From Camelus ferus (Eukaryota), in NCBI RefSeq assembly GCF_009834535.1, contig NC_045708.1:49538001-49602000 (forward strand): DNA of 64,000 nt, written 5' to 3'. Under the pieces are notes generated by a model. That model did not search any database and was not told the DNA's origin. It saw only the letters and a program-made list of their open reading frames with translations. The first letter of the stretch is position 1. Each line of letters starts with the position of its first letter. This document shows positions 63,795-64,000 of the stretch, piece by piece. Position numbers and translations under genes: made by a program.

Positions 63795-64000
63795 GTAAGA
63801 AATAAGTCCTTTCTATATCTTGGCCAAACATTATTTACTCTGTACATGTTCTGTATATCTGATGACTGACTGTATTTAACACCTAAAACCGATTCCGAAC
63901 TTTAAAAACAAACCTTTATGAACCAGGGCAAGGGCTAACTATGCCCTATGGGGAAAAAAAGGAAGTTGGTTGTTAAGTGATTTTACAAGCCTGTGATTAA

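Overview
Mammalian genomic DNA, most likely a camelid judging from the vic-1-like tRNA-derived SINEs. It covers the 5' part of the neuronal endocytic adaptor gene SGIP1 on the + strand. Positions 1-33585 are the 3' part of the long first intron; the first coding exon (MMEG) is not seen and presumably lies upstream of the window. Coding exons 2-8 can be assembled by splice-site logic into an uninterrupted frame: (G)[153 protein letters not shown]. No ORF in the supplied track corresponds to this reading frame. The most interesting signals are in the splicing architecture. (1) Intron 6 is a textbook AT-AC U12 (minor spliceosome) intron. (2) There is a 12-nt RKSP microexon. (3) There is a strong candidate 9-nt in-frame microexon (ELF) deep in intron 7 that I do not recognise from known isoforms. 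(4) Antisense camelid SINEs carry built-in splice signals. (5) An assembly gap sits where an alternative exon may lie. Outside the exons, a 64-bp segment in intron 1 is a composite (inverted + direct) copy of a site 1.6 kb away, the signature of a template-switch insertion. The rest is ordinary mammalian repeat content (MIR, L2, L1, MER, MLT, ERV LTR, microsatellites) and three N gaps. Repeat subfamily names and boundaries come from visual recognition, not RepeatMasker, and are approximate.
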